Positions 38,282-48,338 of a DNA stretch of 64,000 bases are shown here, piece by piece (within the stretch, counting starts at the first letter, position 1; the number at the start of each line of letters is the position of its first letter). Source of the stretch: an uncultured Chthonomonadaceae bacterium (GTDB lineage Bacteria; Armatimonadota; Chthonomonadetes; Chthonomonadales; Chthonomonadaceae). The position numbers and the translations under genes were made by a program. The stretch is taken from NCBI GenBank assembly GCA_963817895.1, contig CAWFQB010000002.1:320001-384000 (forward strand), read 5' to 3'. The notes under the pieces were generated by a model. The model did no database searches. It was given only the letters and a program-made list of their open reading frames with translations, and was not told the origin of the DNA.

Positions 38282-40680
38282 TTAATGCGGCCATTTCCAA
38301 TCGCGGACTTCGGGCATGTCTTCGCCGTGTTCGCGGATGTAATGGCTGTGGGTGATGAGTTTGTCTTGCAGCATCTGCTTGAGAGTTGCGGCCCGATAGC
38401 CGAGCGTGGGAACTCGGTCTATCACGTCCATTGCCAGATGAAAGCGGTCTATTTCGTTGAGTACGCACATGTCGAAGGGCGTCGTAGTGGTGCCGTTCTC
38501 TTTGTAGCCGCGCACATGAATCTCGGCGTGGTTGACGCGGCGATACGTCAGCCGGTGAATCAGCCAGGGATAGCCGTGATACGCGAAAATAACCGGCTTA
38601 TCGGTGGTGAACAGGGCGTTGAAATCGCTGTCGCTCAGGCCGTGCGGGTGTTCCGTATCGGGCAGCAGTTTCATCAGGTCTACCACGTTGACAACGCGCA
38701 TTTTCAGAGTGGGGATGTACTGGTGTAAAATGCTCACGGCGGCGAGGATTTCCTGCGTGGGTATATCCCCGGCGCAGGCGAGAACTACGTCCGGGTCGCC
38801 GTCGGGATCGTTGCTGGCCCATTCCCACATCCCGATGCCCCGCGTACAGTGCAGAACGGCGTCGTTCATGTTCAGATACTGCAAAGCCGGCTGCTTGCCC
38901 GCCACAATCACGTTGACGTACTGGCGACTGCGCAGGCAGTGATCCGTGACAGACAGCAGCGTGTTGGCGTCCGGGGGCAGATACACGCGCACTATCGTCG
39001 GCTTCTTGTTCATAACGTGGTCAATAAAGCCGGGGTCCTGATGCGAAAAGCCGTTGTGGTCCTGCCGCCAGACGTGTGACGTTAGCAGGTAGTTGAGGGA
39101 CGCGATGTTGCGCCGCCAGGGGACGTGCCGGGACGCTTCCAGCCATTTCGCGTGCTGGTTGAACATGCTGTCCACGATGTGGATAAACGCCTCGTAGCAC
39201 GAAAAGAGGCCGTGCCGCCCCGTGAGCAGATAGCCCTCCAGCCAGCCCTGACAGGTATGTTCGCTCAGTATCTCCATTACGCGCCCATCCCGCGCCAGAT
39301 GGTCGTCATCCGTCAAATATTTCCTCTTCCCATGCCCGGTTGGTAACTTCCAGAACCGCGTTCAGGCGATTGGAATTGTTCTCATCGGGCGACAGGACGC
39401 GGAAATTGCGCGCTTCTAAATTCTGCTTCATCACGTCGCGCAGAAATTGCCCCATCACGCGGGTGGCCTCCGCGTTTGTCGTGCCGGGTGAGGTCACGTC
39501 CACAGCATAAGCGCGAAAATCGGGCAGATGCAGGTCTTTGAGTAATTGTCCGCCATTGGCGTAGGGCGTGGCTCCCTGTCGTTTGTCGCCTTCCGGCGCA
39601 AGCGCGGCGAGTTCGGGCCGCAGCGCGCCGCGTTCATCGAAAAGCTCTTCCGGTTTGTAACTTTGCAGCCAGTCTTGCAGAATCTGCAAATGCTCCGGCT
39701 TGCTCATGTCCTCCATCGGAACCTGATGCGAACGCCACGAGCCTTCGGCCTTTTTGCCGTCTACGGTTTTCGGCCCCGTCCAGCCTTTGAGCGAACGGAA
39801 AATAATCATCGGCCACTGCGGGCGCGAGGTGTCGCCCTCCGTTCGCGCCCTGCGCTGAATGGTTTTGATCTCGTCAACAATCGTGTCCAGCGTTGCGGCC
39901 ATAGATCTGGTGCATGGGTTCCGGCTCGGTTCCCTCCACGAAATAGGGTTTGTAGCCATAGCCCAGAAACAGATGCGTCAATTCCTCATCGTTCATGCGG
40001 GCCAGCAGGGTGGGGTTGGCAATTTTGTAGCCGTTCAAATGCAAAATCGGGAGGACAGCCCCATCCCCGACGGGATTGAGGAATTTGTTGCCGTGCCAGC
40101 TTGTCGCCAGTGGCCCGGTTTCCGCTTCGCCGTCGCCAATCGTGCAGACAACAAGCAGATCGGGATTGTCGAACGCGGCTCCATACGCATGGCTCAGAGA
40201 ATAGCCCAACTCGCCGCCCTCATGGATGGAACCGGGCGTTTCCGGGGCGCAATGGCTGGGAATGCCGCCCGGAAACGAGAACTGCTTGAACAGTTTCTGG
40301 ATACCCTCCGCGTCCTGCGTGATGTTAGGATAGCGTTCTGTGTACGTGCCTTCCAGATAGGTGTTGGCGACGATTCCCGGCCCGCCATGTCCCGGCCCCG
40401 TTATATTGAGAACGCTTAGATCATACTTCTTGATAATGCGGTTGACGTGGACGTAAATGAAGTTCAGGCCGGGTGTCGTTCCCCAGTGTCCGAGCAGGCG
40501 CGGCTTGATGTGGGCAAGCGTGAGCGGTTCGCGCAAAAGGGGATTGTCCAGCAGATAGATTTGCCCCACGGAAAGGTAATTGGCCGCGCGCCAGTAGGCG
40601 TTCATGGCGTTCAGTTCCACAGCCCTGAGCGGCTGCGCTTCCTGCGGCGCGGTTGGCGCAGGCAAAGGCGGATTCGTCAT
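38282..40680 (-). CDS. xfp: Xylulose-5-P/fructose-6-P phosphoketolase, split by frameshifts near 39900 and 39310
   Basis: [31 protein letters not shown] and [12 protein letters not shown] across three consecutive ORFs. Confidence 0.93.
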
Positions 40681-40908
40681 GATGCTCTCCTTACGTCCTC
40701 AAGCAGCGTCTCTCAATCTCTGTCGAAGTTTTGAATCATGTCTGGTTACGTATCAGCATCGCAATGTTCACCGCATCGCGGCAACGAAGAGGAAGTTATC
40801 AAGCCGGCTGGCATTTATCCATCCGGCAGGGCCGTGTAAACCGCGTCCGTTGCGGTACAATGATAGCAGTAAAACCATTGCTCTGCGGATTGAAAAGGAG
40901 TCTGCGCC

Positions 40909-41592
40909 ATGCCTGCGGAAACCATTCCCATCTTGCCCGCGTCCCAACCACCTGCGCCCGCCGGCCTTGTTTATCTCCCGCCCGGCGCAATCGTGATGTC
41001 CGTGGAAGAGTACCTCGAATTTGAACGCGACTCGGAAATTCGTTATGAGTACGTGGACTTTTATGCCATTCCTAAAGACGGCGTAGAGGAACTGGAAAAC
41101 GGCGAAATACGCGCCCTGTCCGGCGAGTCGCCCGAACACAATCAAATTGCCGGCAACGTGTACGTGAAGTTTGACCGTGAAATTGGGGAACGCCCCTGTA
41201 GAGTTTACATTGAGGGTATCCGCGCGCGTGTTTCCGCAACAAAGTACCGTTATCCCGATGTTGCCGCGCTGTGCGGACCGGCGCAATTTGATAACGCCAA
41301 TCCGCCCTGCCTGCTCAATCCCTCCGTCCTCGTGGAAGTCCTGTCGCCCTCCACGCAGCGTACCGACCACACGGAAAAATTCGATGAGTATAAGCGCATT
41401 CTCACGCTCACGGATTATGTTCTCATTGCGCAAGACCGCATGTTCGTAATCCACTACGCCCGTCAAAGCGCGTCCCGTTGGCTTATTTCCGAATACGAGC
41501 AGGCGGCGGATACCCTGACGTTTGCCACGCTCGGCGTTACCATTTCTCTCGGCGAAATGTACCGCAAAATCGTTTTCGCGCCGTCTGTATAA
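40909..41592 (+). CDS. Uma2 family (PD-(D/E)XK) endonuclease-like protein
   Basis: YPDV, VEVLSPST and DYVLIAQ. Confidence 0.88.
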   Translation: MPAETIPILPASQPPAPAGLVYLPPGAIVMSVEEYLEFERDSEIRYEYVDFYAIPKDGVEELENGEIRALSGESPEHNQIAGNVYVKFDREIGERPCRVYIEGIRARVSATKYRYPDVAALCGPAQFDNANPPCLLNPSVLVEVLSPSTQRTDHTEKFDEYKRILTLTDYVLIAQDRMFVIHYARQSASRWLISEYEQAADTLTFATLGVTISLGEMYRKIVFAPSV

Positions 41593-41620
41593 ATCAGGCA
41601 TATCAACTTGGAGTAACCTA

Positions 41621-42238
41621 ATGGCAAATACAGTACCTTCACTAACAGAAAGCGGCGGGCCGTGGGAACCCACGCCAAACCGTAAGCGATTTACGCGCAA
41701 AGAATGTGAGTTTTTGGAACAAAATCAACTGCTGACCGAACGCTACGAACTTATTGACGGGGAGATTATCTTTAAGATGCCGCAGAATCCGCCACATGCG
41801 CTCACTGTTATGTTGATTACCGCCTGGTTGATGCGGGTATTTGGCGAGATGTACGCGCGCTGTCAATTAGCAATAGATGTGGGCGAGGCCGCTCCCGAAA
41901 TCAACAACCCTGAACCGGATGGCGTTGCATTGTCGCAGCCTGTTACCGCTTTTGCCGCGCGTCATCCTGCACCCATGGAAATTCTGTTAGTGGTCGAAGT
42001 GTCGGATACGACAATACATTTCGACCTGCATAACAAGGCAGCTCTGTATGCCCTCGCGGGTATTGTGGAATACTGGGTTGCCGACATCAAAGAAAGGCGG
42101 TTCGTCGTACATCGCAATCCCACACCTGCGGGCTATGCGGAGGTGACCCAATACGACGCGGAAGAAACCATATCGCCGCTTGCCCGCCCGGACGCGAGTG
42201 TGCGCGTGGCCGACCTGTTGCCGCCTGTACAATCTTAA
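41621..42238 (+). CDS. Uma2 family endonuclease-like protein
   Basis: ELIDGEI, PEPD, VVEVSDTT and KAALYALAGIVEYW. Confidence 0.9.
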   Translation: MANTVPSLTESGGPWEPTPNRKRFTRKECEFLEQNQLLTERYELIDGEIIFKMPQNPPHALTVMLITAWLMRVFGEMYARCQLAIDVGEAAPEINNPEPDGVALSQPVTAFAARHPAPMEILLVVEVSDTTIHFDLHNKAALYALAGIVEYWVADIKERRFVVHRNPTPAGYAEVTQYDAEETISPLARPDASVRVADLLPPVQS

Positions 42239-42285
42239 CAAACCGCGAAATACGCGAAGTAAACGAAAAGAAGACAAACAAGACT

Positions 42286-44118
42286 ATGATGGCGATGCGC
42301 GGCCCGGTTCCCACCGGCCCGAAAAAACCGATCAAGAAAGAAACGTTGGGGCGCGTGATGCGGACGTTTCGCCCCTATAAGCCGCAAGTAGGCCTGATTG
42401 TCGTGGCCGTCTTGATTTCCGCCACATTGGGACTGCTGCCGCCGTTTCTGCTGCAAAGAATCATCAACGACGGCCTGCTGGCGCGCCGTCTCGACCTGAT
42501 TGCCCGCTTTACCCTGATTACGCTTGGAGCGACGCTGGCGGGAACGGCTTTCGCGCTCGGCTATGGGTATCTGAGTATTCTTGTCGGGCAACGCATTATG
42601 CGCGACCTGCGCAACCAGCTTTATGACCATTTACAGGGCATGTCACTGCGGTTTTTCACCGGCACGCGCACGGGCGAAATCCAGTCCCGGCTTGCCAACG
42701 ATGTGGGCGGCGTTCAATCCGTCGTCAGCGACACAGCCGCCAATGTGCTTTCCAATCTGACGACTGTGCTGTCTACCCTTGTCGCCATGATTACGATGGA
42801 CTGGCGGCTAACGCTGCTTTCCGTCGGCATCCTGCCGGTTTTCGCCTTTATCGCCGCCAAAGTGGGGGACTACTCGCGGGGAATCCGGGGCAAAACGCAG
42901 GCGCAGCTTGCCGAACTCAACGCCACGATGCAGGAAACCCTTTCCGTTTCCGGGATACTGCTGACCAAAATCAGCGCCCGACAACGCCTCTCTCTCGAAC
43001 ACTTTGCCCGCGAAAACACCGCCCTGACCGAACTGCAAATCAAGCAGGCGATGGTGATGCGCTATTTCTTCAACCTCATCGGCCTGACGTTTTCCATTAC
43101 GCCTGTGCTTGTTTACTGGCTGGCCGGGTATCTCACCGTCGCGCATAATGACCCGCGCCTCAACATCGGAACCATTGTCGCGTTTACCGCATTGCAGGCG
43201 CGTCTGTTCTTTCCGCTGACCGGACTGCTCAACGTGCAGGTGGAAGTGACCAGCGCGATGGCCCTGTTCGACCGCATTTTCGAGTACATGGACGTGCCGC
43301 AGGACATTCAGGACGCGCCGGATGCCATAACCATAGAGGCAAAGGACGTTCGGGGCAATGTGGCGTTTGAAAACGTGGGCTTCCGGTATGAGAAGGAGCA
43401 GGCGGAACCCACACTGACAGACGTATCCTTTACCGCCCGTTCGGGGGAACTGATCGCGCTTGTGGGAACGTCGGGCGCGGGCAAAACCACTTTAACGTAC
43501 CTGATACCGCGTTTGTACGATGTAGAATCGGGCCGCGTGACGATTGACGGGCAGGACGTTCGCAAAATTAAAATGGAATCGCTGAGCCGGATTGTGGGCA
43601 TGGTCACGCAGGAAACCTATCTCATCCACGACACCATTGCCGCCAACCTGCGCTATGGCCGCCCGGAAGCCACCGATGCCGAACTGGAATCCGCCGCCCG
43701 CGCCGCCGCCATTCACAACCACATTGCCGGCCTGCCCGAAGGCTATAATACGATTGTTGGCGAACGGGGCTACAAACTGTCCGGGGGAGAAAAGCAGCGC
43801 ATCGCCATTGCCCGCGCCATCCTGAAAAATCCCCGTATTCTGATTCTGGACGAAGCTACCAGCGCCCTTGATACCCAATCCGAGCGCCTGATTCAATCCG
43901 CTCTCGAACCCCTTATGGCGGGACGCACCACGTTCGCCATCGCGCACCGCCTGTCCACCATCCTCGCCGCCGACCTGATTCTCGTCATGGAACACGGGCA
44001 AATCGTCGAGCGCGGAACCCATCCCGAACTCCTCTCCCAAAATGGAGCCTACTCCCGCCTGTATGCCGCCCAGTTCCAGAACATGGAACAACAGACTGCC
44101 AGCTACGCCCCACAGTAA
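42286..44118 (+). CDS. ABC exporter, fused permease/ATPase
   Basis: TM domain; GTSGAGKT, LSGGEKQR and ILDEATS. Confidence 0.95.
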   Translation: MMAMRGPVPTGPKKPIKKETLGRVMRTFRPYKPQVGLIVVAVLISATLGLLPPFLLQRIINDGLLARRLDLIARFTLITLGATLAGTAFALGYGYLSILVGQRIMRDLRNQLYDHLQGMSLRFFTGTRTGEIQSRLANDVGGVQSVVSDTAANVLSNLTTVLSTLVAMITMDWRLTLLSVGILPVFAFIAAKVGDYSRGIRGKTQAQLAELNATMQETLSVSGILLTKISARQRLSLEHFARENTALTELQIKQAMVMRYFFNLIGLTFSITPVLVYWLAGYLTVAHNDPRLNIGTIVAFTALQARLFFPLTGLLNVQVEVTSAMALFDRIFEYMDVPQDIQDAPDAITIEAKDVRGNVAFENVGFRYEKEQAEPTLTDVSFTARSGELIALVGTSGAGKTTLTYLIPRLYDVESGRVTIDGQDVRKIKMESLSRIVGMVTQETYLIHDTIAANLRYGRPEATDAELESAARAAAIHNHIAGLPEGYNTIVGERGYKLSGGEKQRIAIARAILKNPRILILDEATSALDTQSERLIQSALEPLMAGRTTFAIAHRLSTILAADLILVMEHGQIVERGTHPELLSQNGAYSRLYAAQFQNMEQQTASYAPQ

Positions 44119-44168
44119 ATTTAACATACGAATATAGAAATCGTAGTTGATGTGTTAATAAACTCACA

Positions 44169-44197
44169 TTGACTTTATCTACGTCTTGCGATATAAT
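44169..44197 (+). promoter_or_regulatory. sigma70 promoter TTGACT-N17-TATAAT upstream of DyP
   Basis: Near-consensus, in an AT-rich intergenic region. Confidence 0.7.
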
Positions 44198-44282
44198 CCT
44201 TTTGCGTTCGGACGGATTATATATTGAAAACCTTACATCTGACAAAAAATATATAAATGCGTTCGTATAACAGGAGAACAGG

Positions 44283-45875
44283 ATGACATTCGATGGAGCT
44301 GGCATCAATCTGGAAAATATCCAGGGAAACATTCTCGGCGGTTTCTTGAAAGACCATCGCGAGATGTTGTTTGTAAACTTTTCGGACCCGGAGGGCGGGC
44401 GGGAATGGCTGGACGAGATGGCGGACAATATCTCCACCAGCGAAGAGGTGATCGCCTTCAACAAGCTGTTCAAGCTGATTCGCGCCAAAAAGGGGATGGA
44501 GGGCGTTGTCAAGGCGACGTGGACCAATATCGCGTTTACGTATTCCGGCCTACAGGCGCTTGGCATTTCGGACTACTACCTGAATCAGTTTCCCGATTCG
44601 TTCAAGCAGGGGATGGCGGCGCGGGCCAACCTGCTCGGCGATACCGGGCCAAGCGCGCCGGATCAGTGGGTGGGGCCGTTCGGCGACGCTGAACGCGGCG
44701 TTCATGCGGTGCTGATTGTCGAGGCGGATGATCCCCGCGATCTGGCGGAAGCGATTGAAGAGTATCAGGACATGATGGAGGAAAACGGCACGGTCAGCAT
44801 CGTCTTCGAGCAGTTCGGCGCGACGCTTCCCGAACCGCTTACCGGCCACGAGCATTTCGGTTTCAAGGACGGCGTTTCGCAGCCGGCCATTCGGGGCATT
44901 GACACGCCGGACGACCCGCAAAATCCCAATCAGGGGCATCCCGGCCAGGACATGCTGCATCCGGGCGAGTTCGTACTGGGCTACGCCACGCAGATCGGCG
45001 AACCGGCGCAGGGCGTGGACGGCCCCAACCCCAATCCGGGTACGCGCAGCGTCAGCGGCCCGCCCTGGACTAAGGAGGGTTCGTATCTCGTGTTCCGGCG
45101 ACTCGGCCAGAACGTGAAGGCCTTTCGGGAGAATGTGGAGTATCTGGCGAACGTGTCCTGCATCGAGGGCGCGACCGCTGACTTAATCGGCGCGAAAATG
45201 GTGGGCCGGTATCGCAGCGGCTGCCCGATGGAGCAACTGAAAAGTCAAACCGGAGAGTATACGCCCCCCTGCGTTGATCCCGGCATCGCCCACCCGCAGT
45301 CCGGTGACGACAATGCCATCAACAACTTCTTCGAGTATGGCGATGATCCTCTGGGCAACAACGTGCCACGCGCCGCGCACATTCGCAAGGCGTATCCGCG
45401 CGACCAGAGTGGAACCAAAGCAAGCGGCACGGACACGGAGAGCCGGACGCAAACGCACCGCCTGCTGCGGCGCGGCCTGCCTTACGGCGCTCCCTATGCG
45501 CCGGGGACCGAGGGCGGGGAAGAGGGGGATGAGCGCGGCCTGCTGTTCCTGTGCTACCAGAAGAGCATTGAAGACCAGTTCGAGTTTGTGCAGCGGGCGT
45601 GGGTGAATGACGCCAACTTCCCGTGCGCGGACGCGAAGGACTTCAAGGACGAGGACGGAAACCCGCTGTATCCGAACGGCCAGAATACCGCCGGGGATGG
45701 CGAAGACCCGATCATCGCCACGAGCGCGAGCGGCACGTTCCTGATAACGGACAGGAGCTGTGACGAGCGCGTAGACAACCTGACGCACTTCGTCACGACA
45801 ACGGGCGGCGACTACTTCTTCTCGCCCTCGATTTCCACGCTGATGGAGATCGCCGCCGACATGTACGACGCTTGA
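44283..45875 (+). CDS. Dye-decolorizing peroxidase (DyP)
   Basis: IQGNIL, EHFGFKDGVSQP (GxxDG), AHIRKAYPR, LLRRGLPYG and GGDYFF. Confidence 0.93.
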   Translation: MTFDGAGINLENIQGNILGGFLKDHREMLFVNFSDPEGGREWLDEMADNISTSEEVIAFNKLFKLIRAKKGMEGVVKATWTNIAFTYSGLQALGISDYYLNQFPDSFKQGMAARANLLGDTGPSAPDQWVGPFGDAERGVHAVLIVEADDPRDLAEAIEEYQDMMEENGTVSIVFEQFGATLPEPLTGHEHFGFKDGVSQPAIRGIDTPDDPQNPNQGHPGQDMLHPGEFVLGYATQIGEPAQGVDGPNPNPGTRSVSGPPWTKEGSYLVFRRLGQNVKAFRENVEYLANVSCIEGATADLIGAKMVGRYRSGCPMEQLKSQTGEYTPPCVDPGIAHPQSGDDNAINNFFEYGDDPLGNNVPRAAHIRKAYPRDQSGTKASGTDTESRTQTHRLLRRGLPYGAPYAPGTEGGEEGDERGLLFLCYQKSIEDQFEFVQRAWVNDANFPCADAKDFKDEDGNPLYPNGQNTAGDGEDPIIATSASGTFLITDRSCDERVDNLTHFVTTTGGDYFFSPSISTLMEIAADMYDA

Positions 45876-46070
45876 CGCGCCGGTAAACAGCCATACGCAT
45901 AGCCGCCGACAAATTGATGATGGTTCGGCGGCTCTGATAGCCGGGGCTGTTACGGTACTCAGCAGAATAGGAACGGCTGCGCCATTCACCTGTGCGCCAT
46001 AAGCAAGGTTGGTTCGGCTGCCATAGCGGTCTTGAATGTAGTTACATGCTCGTCACCTGCGCGGGAACTA

Positions 46071-47501
46071 GTGGGTCAGTTGTCACGCTGAGGAACAAAT
46101 ACAAACGGGCTATTCCTTGCTCTGCCAACGCCTGCGCACCGGTCGGCGAGTAAAGGCGCGGCTACCGCCGAGCTTATGGCGCTCCCGAAACCGTTGCCGC
46201 CGCTGCCAGCGTTTGCCGCCCCATTCAAACGGCGTCGGATCGGCATTCCAGCCGCGTACCGTAGCAGCCAACCATTCCCGAATCTGTTCCGAACTTTCGG
46301 GATGTTGCCCCGAAAGCGCACGGCGTACCAGGATACGCTGAATGGCTTCGGCCATGTTGAGCCAGGAACCGCCCAGGGGCGTATATAAAAGAAGGATGCC
46401 GTGCTGAGTACACCATTCTACGATTTCGGGCGTGTAGTGGCCGGCCAGATTGTCCCAGATCAGGATCAGGCGCACCAGCGGTCCCAAGCCATCGGCAAAA
46501 GCGGAGGCGGGAAAGCCCCAATCCACCCAATGCCGGCCCCAACCGCTTTGTGCTTCGGGAGGCAAATTCGGGAGGGCGTCGAGAATAGCGCTCAACTCCT
46601 GCTTGAGCCAGGGATGCAGGATCGCATTGGTCGCTTGCTCGACAGGCAAAGCGCGTACCTGACCGCTTTTGGGATGAAACAGTGTCAGCAACTTGGCCGT
46701 GCCCTGCCGAATATACTCGTGCGGCTGACAAGCCGGCTTGCCTTCGGGTTGCCAACTGGCTCCTGGCTGTGGAATGGCTTGGTAGGGTCCGGCTTCGTCC
46801 TGGTTCCAGACGGGAATGCCCGCCTGTTCCGCGCAAGTGTACGCCTGCTCGATCAGCCCCTTTTTAGGTCGGCTTCGGGATCCTGTACGGTTGCGACGCC
46901 TTCTTTGCGCTTGCGTTGCACGGTTCCCGTGTGACACCAGGTGCGGCTTTGCTGCCAAGAATAGCCCGCCTGGTGGAGGGTTTGCAGGATGACATAGGTG
47001 CTCACCTTCGGCAGACCATCCGGGGCACGGCGCAAGGCGCGCTGCAACGTCGTCAACGACCAAGTAGCCGTTCCGTCTTTTTCCCGGTCAGGCGGACGAG
47101 CAAACTCTTGGAGGATGCGGGCTTGCTCCTCAGAGCCGTAGGCAAGCGCCGGACCACCGCCGTGATGTCCGGCCACGGCTGGCATGCCTTCCTGATTGAA
47201 CCGGCGTACCAGGCGGGCAACCGCTTGACGCGAGGTGCGTCCGGCTTGGTGAGCCGCTTGTCCAAAAGACTGGCCCTCCGCAACGGCCAGAAGTTCCTTC
47301 GCGCGGGCAATGCGATCTGCCGGAGCGCTGCGCGAACGGGCCAGAGCCGAGAGTTCTGTGCGCTCGGCCTGCGTTAATGGTCGTAACGGTTCTTTCGGTG
47401 GACGTGCCATGCTCCTTCTCCTGCGGGAGCCAATGCGCTCCACGCAACAGAAGTGACGAGGCAAAAACCGAGTTTGTTCCTCAGCGTGGCAACTGACCCA
47501 C
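46071..47501 (-). mobile_element. Complete IS630-family insertion sequence
   Basis: 29-bp TIRs GTGGGTCAGTTG(T/C)CACGCTGAGGAACAAA with 1 mismatch; TA duplication at 46069-46070 and 47502-47503. Confidence 0.95.
46110..47410 (-). CDS. IS630 transposase: OrfA (HTH, 47410-46853) + OrfB (DDE), joined by a -1 frameshift at CTAAAAAGGGG
   Basis: DEAG, WDNL and LNMAE catalytic triad; overlapping frames at the A5G4 run. Confidence 0.88.
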
Positions 47502-47535
47502 TAGTGCATCTTTAACAAAGTGTTGGTGAAACTCC

Positions 47536-47616
47536 GTAGGGCAGGGGCTTGCCCCCTGCCGACAAGGCTACCGTAAACGCAACTCTGTATCGGCAGGGGG
47601 CAAGCCCCTGCCCTAC
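47536..47616. repeat. REP (RAYT-type) inverted pair GTAGGGCAGGGGCTTGCCCCCTGCCG ... CGGCAGGGGGCAAGCCCCTGCCCTAC
   Basis: Perfect inverted pair, each arm self-palindromic. Confidence 0.8.
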
Positions 47617-47789
47617 ACTGCATCATTGTTAAGATTGCACCAGGCTCAAACCGGACACGCTTTGCGCCCGAACCGCCTGCATATTTCCCAACCCGCACAG
47701 CAGCAGCACAACCGCAAGCAGACGCAGATGGACGCCCATCTTATACATGTAAAATCGCAATGATAGCGACGCATGAATCGGCGAAACTG

Positions 47790-48030
47790 AAACACCTGGG
47801 TGTGATTGAAGGGCATACGGACAGCCGCCCGCTCAGCGGCAGAAACGGCTATTCCAACTGGGAACTGTCCACAGATCGCGCCAACGTCGCCCGTCACGCG
47901 ATGGAAGAGCATGGCATGACGCAGGCGCAGGTGATTGCCGCGCGGCTATGCGGATCGCAAACTGCTGCACCCGGAAGACCCCACGCAGTTTTCCAACCGC
48001 CGCGTGAGCATGCGGGCTGTCAGGTTGGCG
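47790..48030 (+). pseudogene. MotB/OmpA-like C-terminal peptidoglycan-binding fragment
   Basis: IEGHTD, NWELSTDRA and, after a frameshift, GYAD...NRRVS; no N-terminal TM region or start. Confidence 0.7.
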
Positions 48031-48338
48031 CCGGCCCAACACAGGGCGGGACTGACAAGTATTGCTCTGACGGCAGATGACGAATCTACCGGAGGATGTG
48101 TCGAAGCAACATAAGAGATATGTGGAGGATGTGTCAAGGCAGCAAACGCGAGAAGGAACCACCCCCATAAGAAACAGGCAATGCAGCTTGCCGATGCCTG
48201 TTCCCACCCCCTCCAGTTTCACGAAAGGAACGCCGCATATCGCGCATACAGAGAAGAATCGTGGATTGGTAAGAGGAGTTGGCAGGGGCGGGCGCGAATG
48301 TACATTCAGGCTGCAAACCCGAAGATTTTGCGAAATGG

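Noticed and set aside
40909..42238. Tandem Uma2 genes as a restriction or defence system
   Set aside because: Commonly expanded family with no methylase or partner gene here
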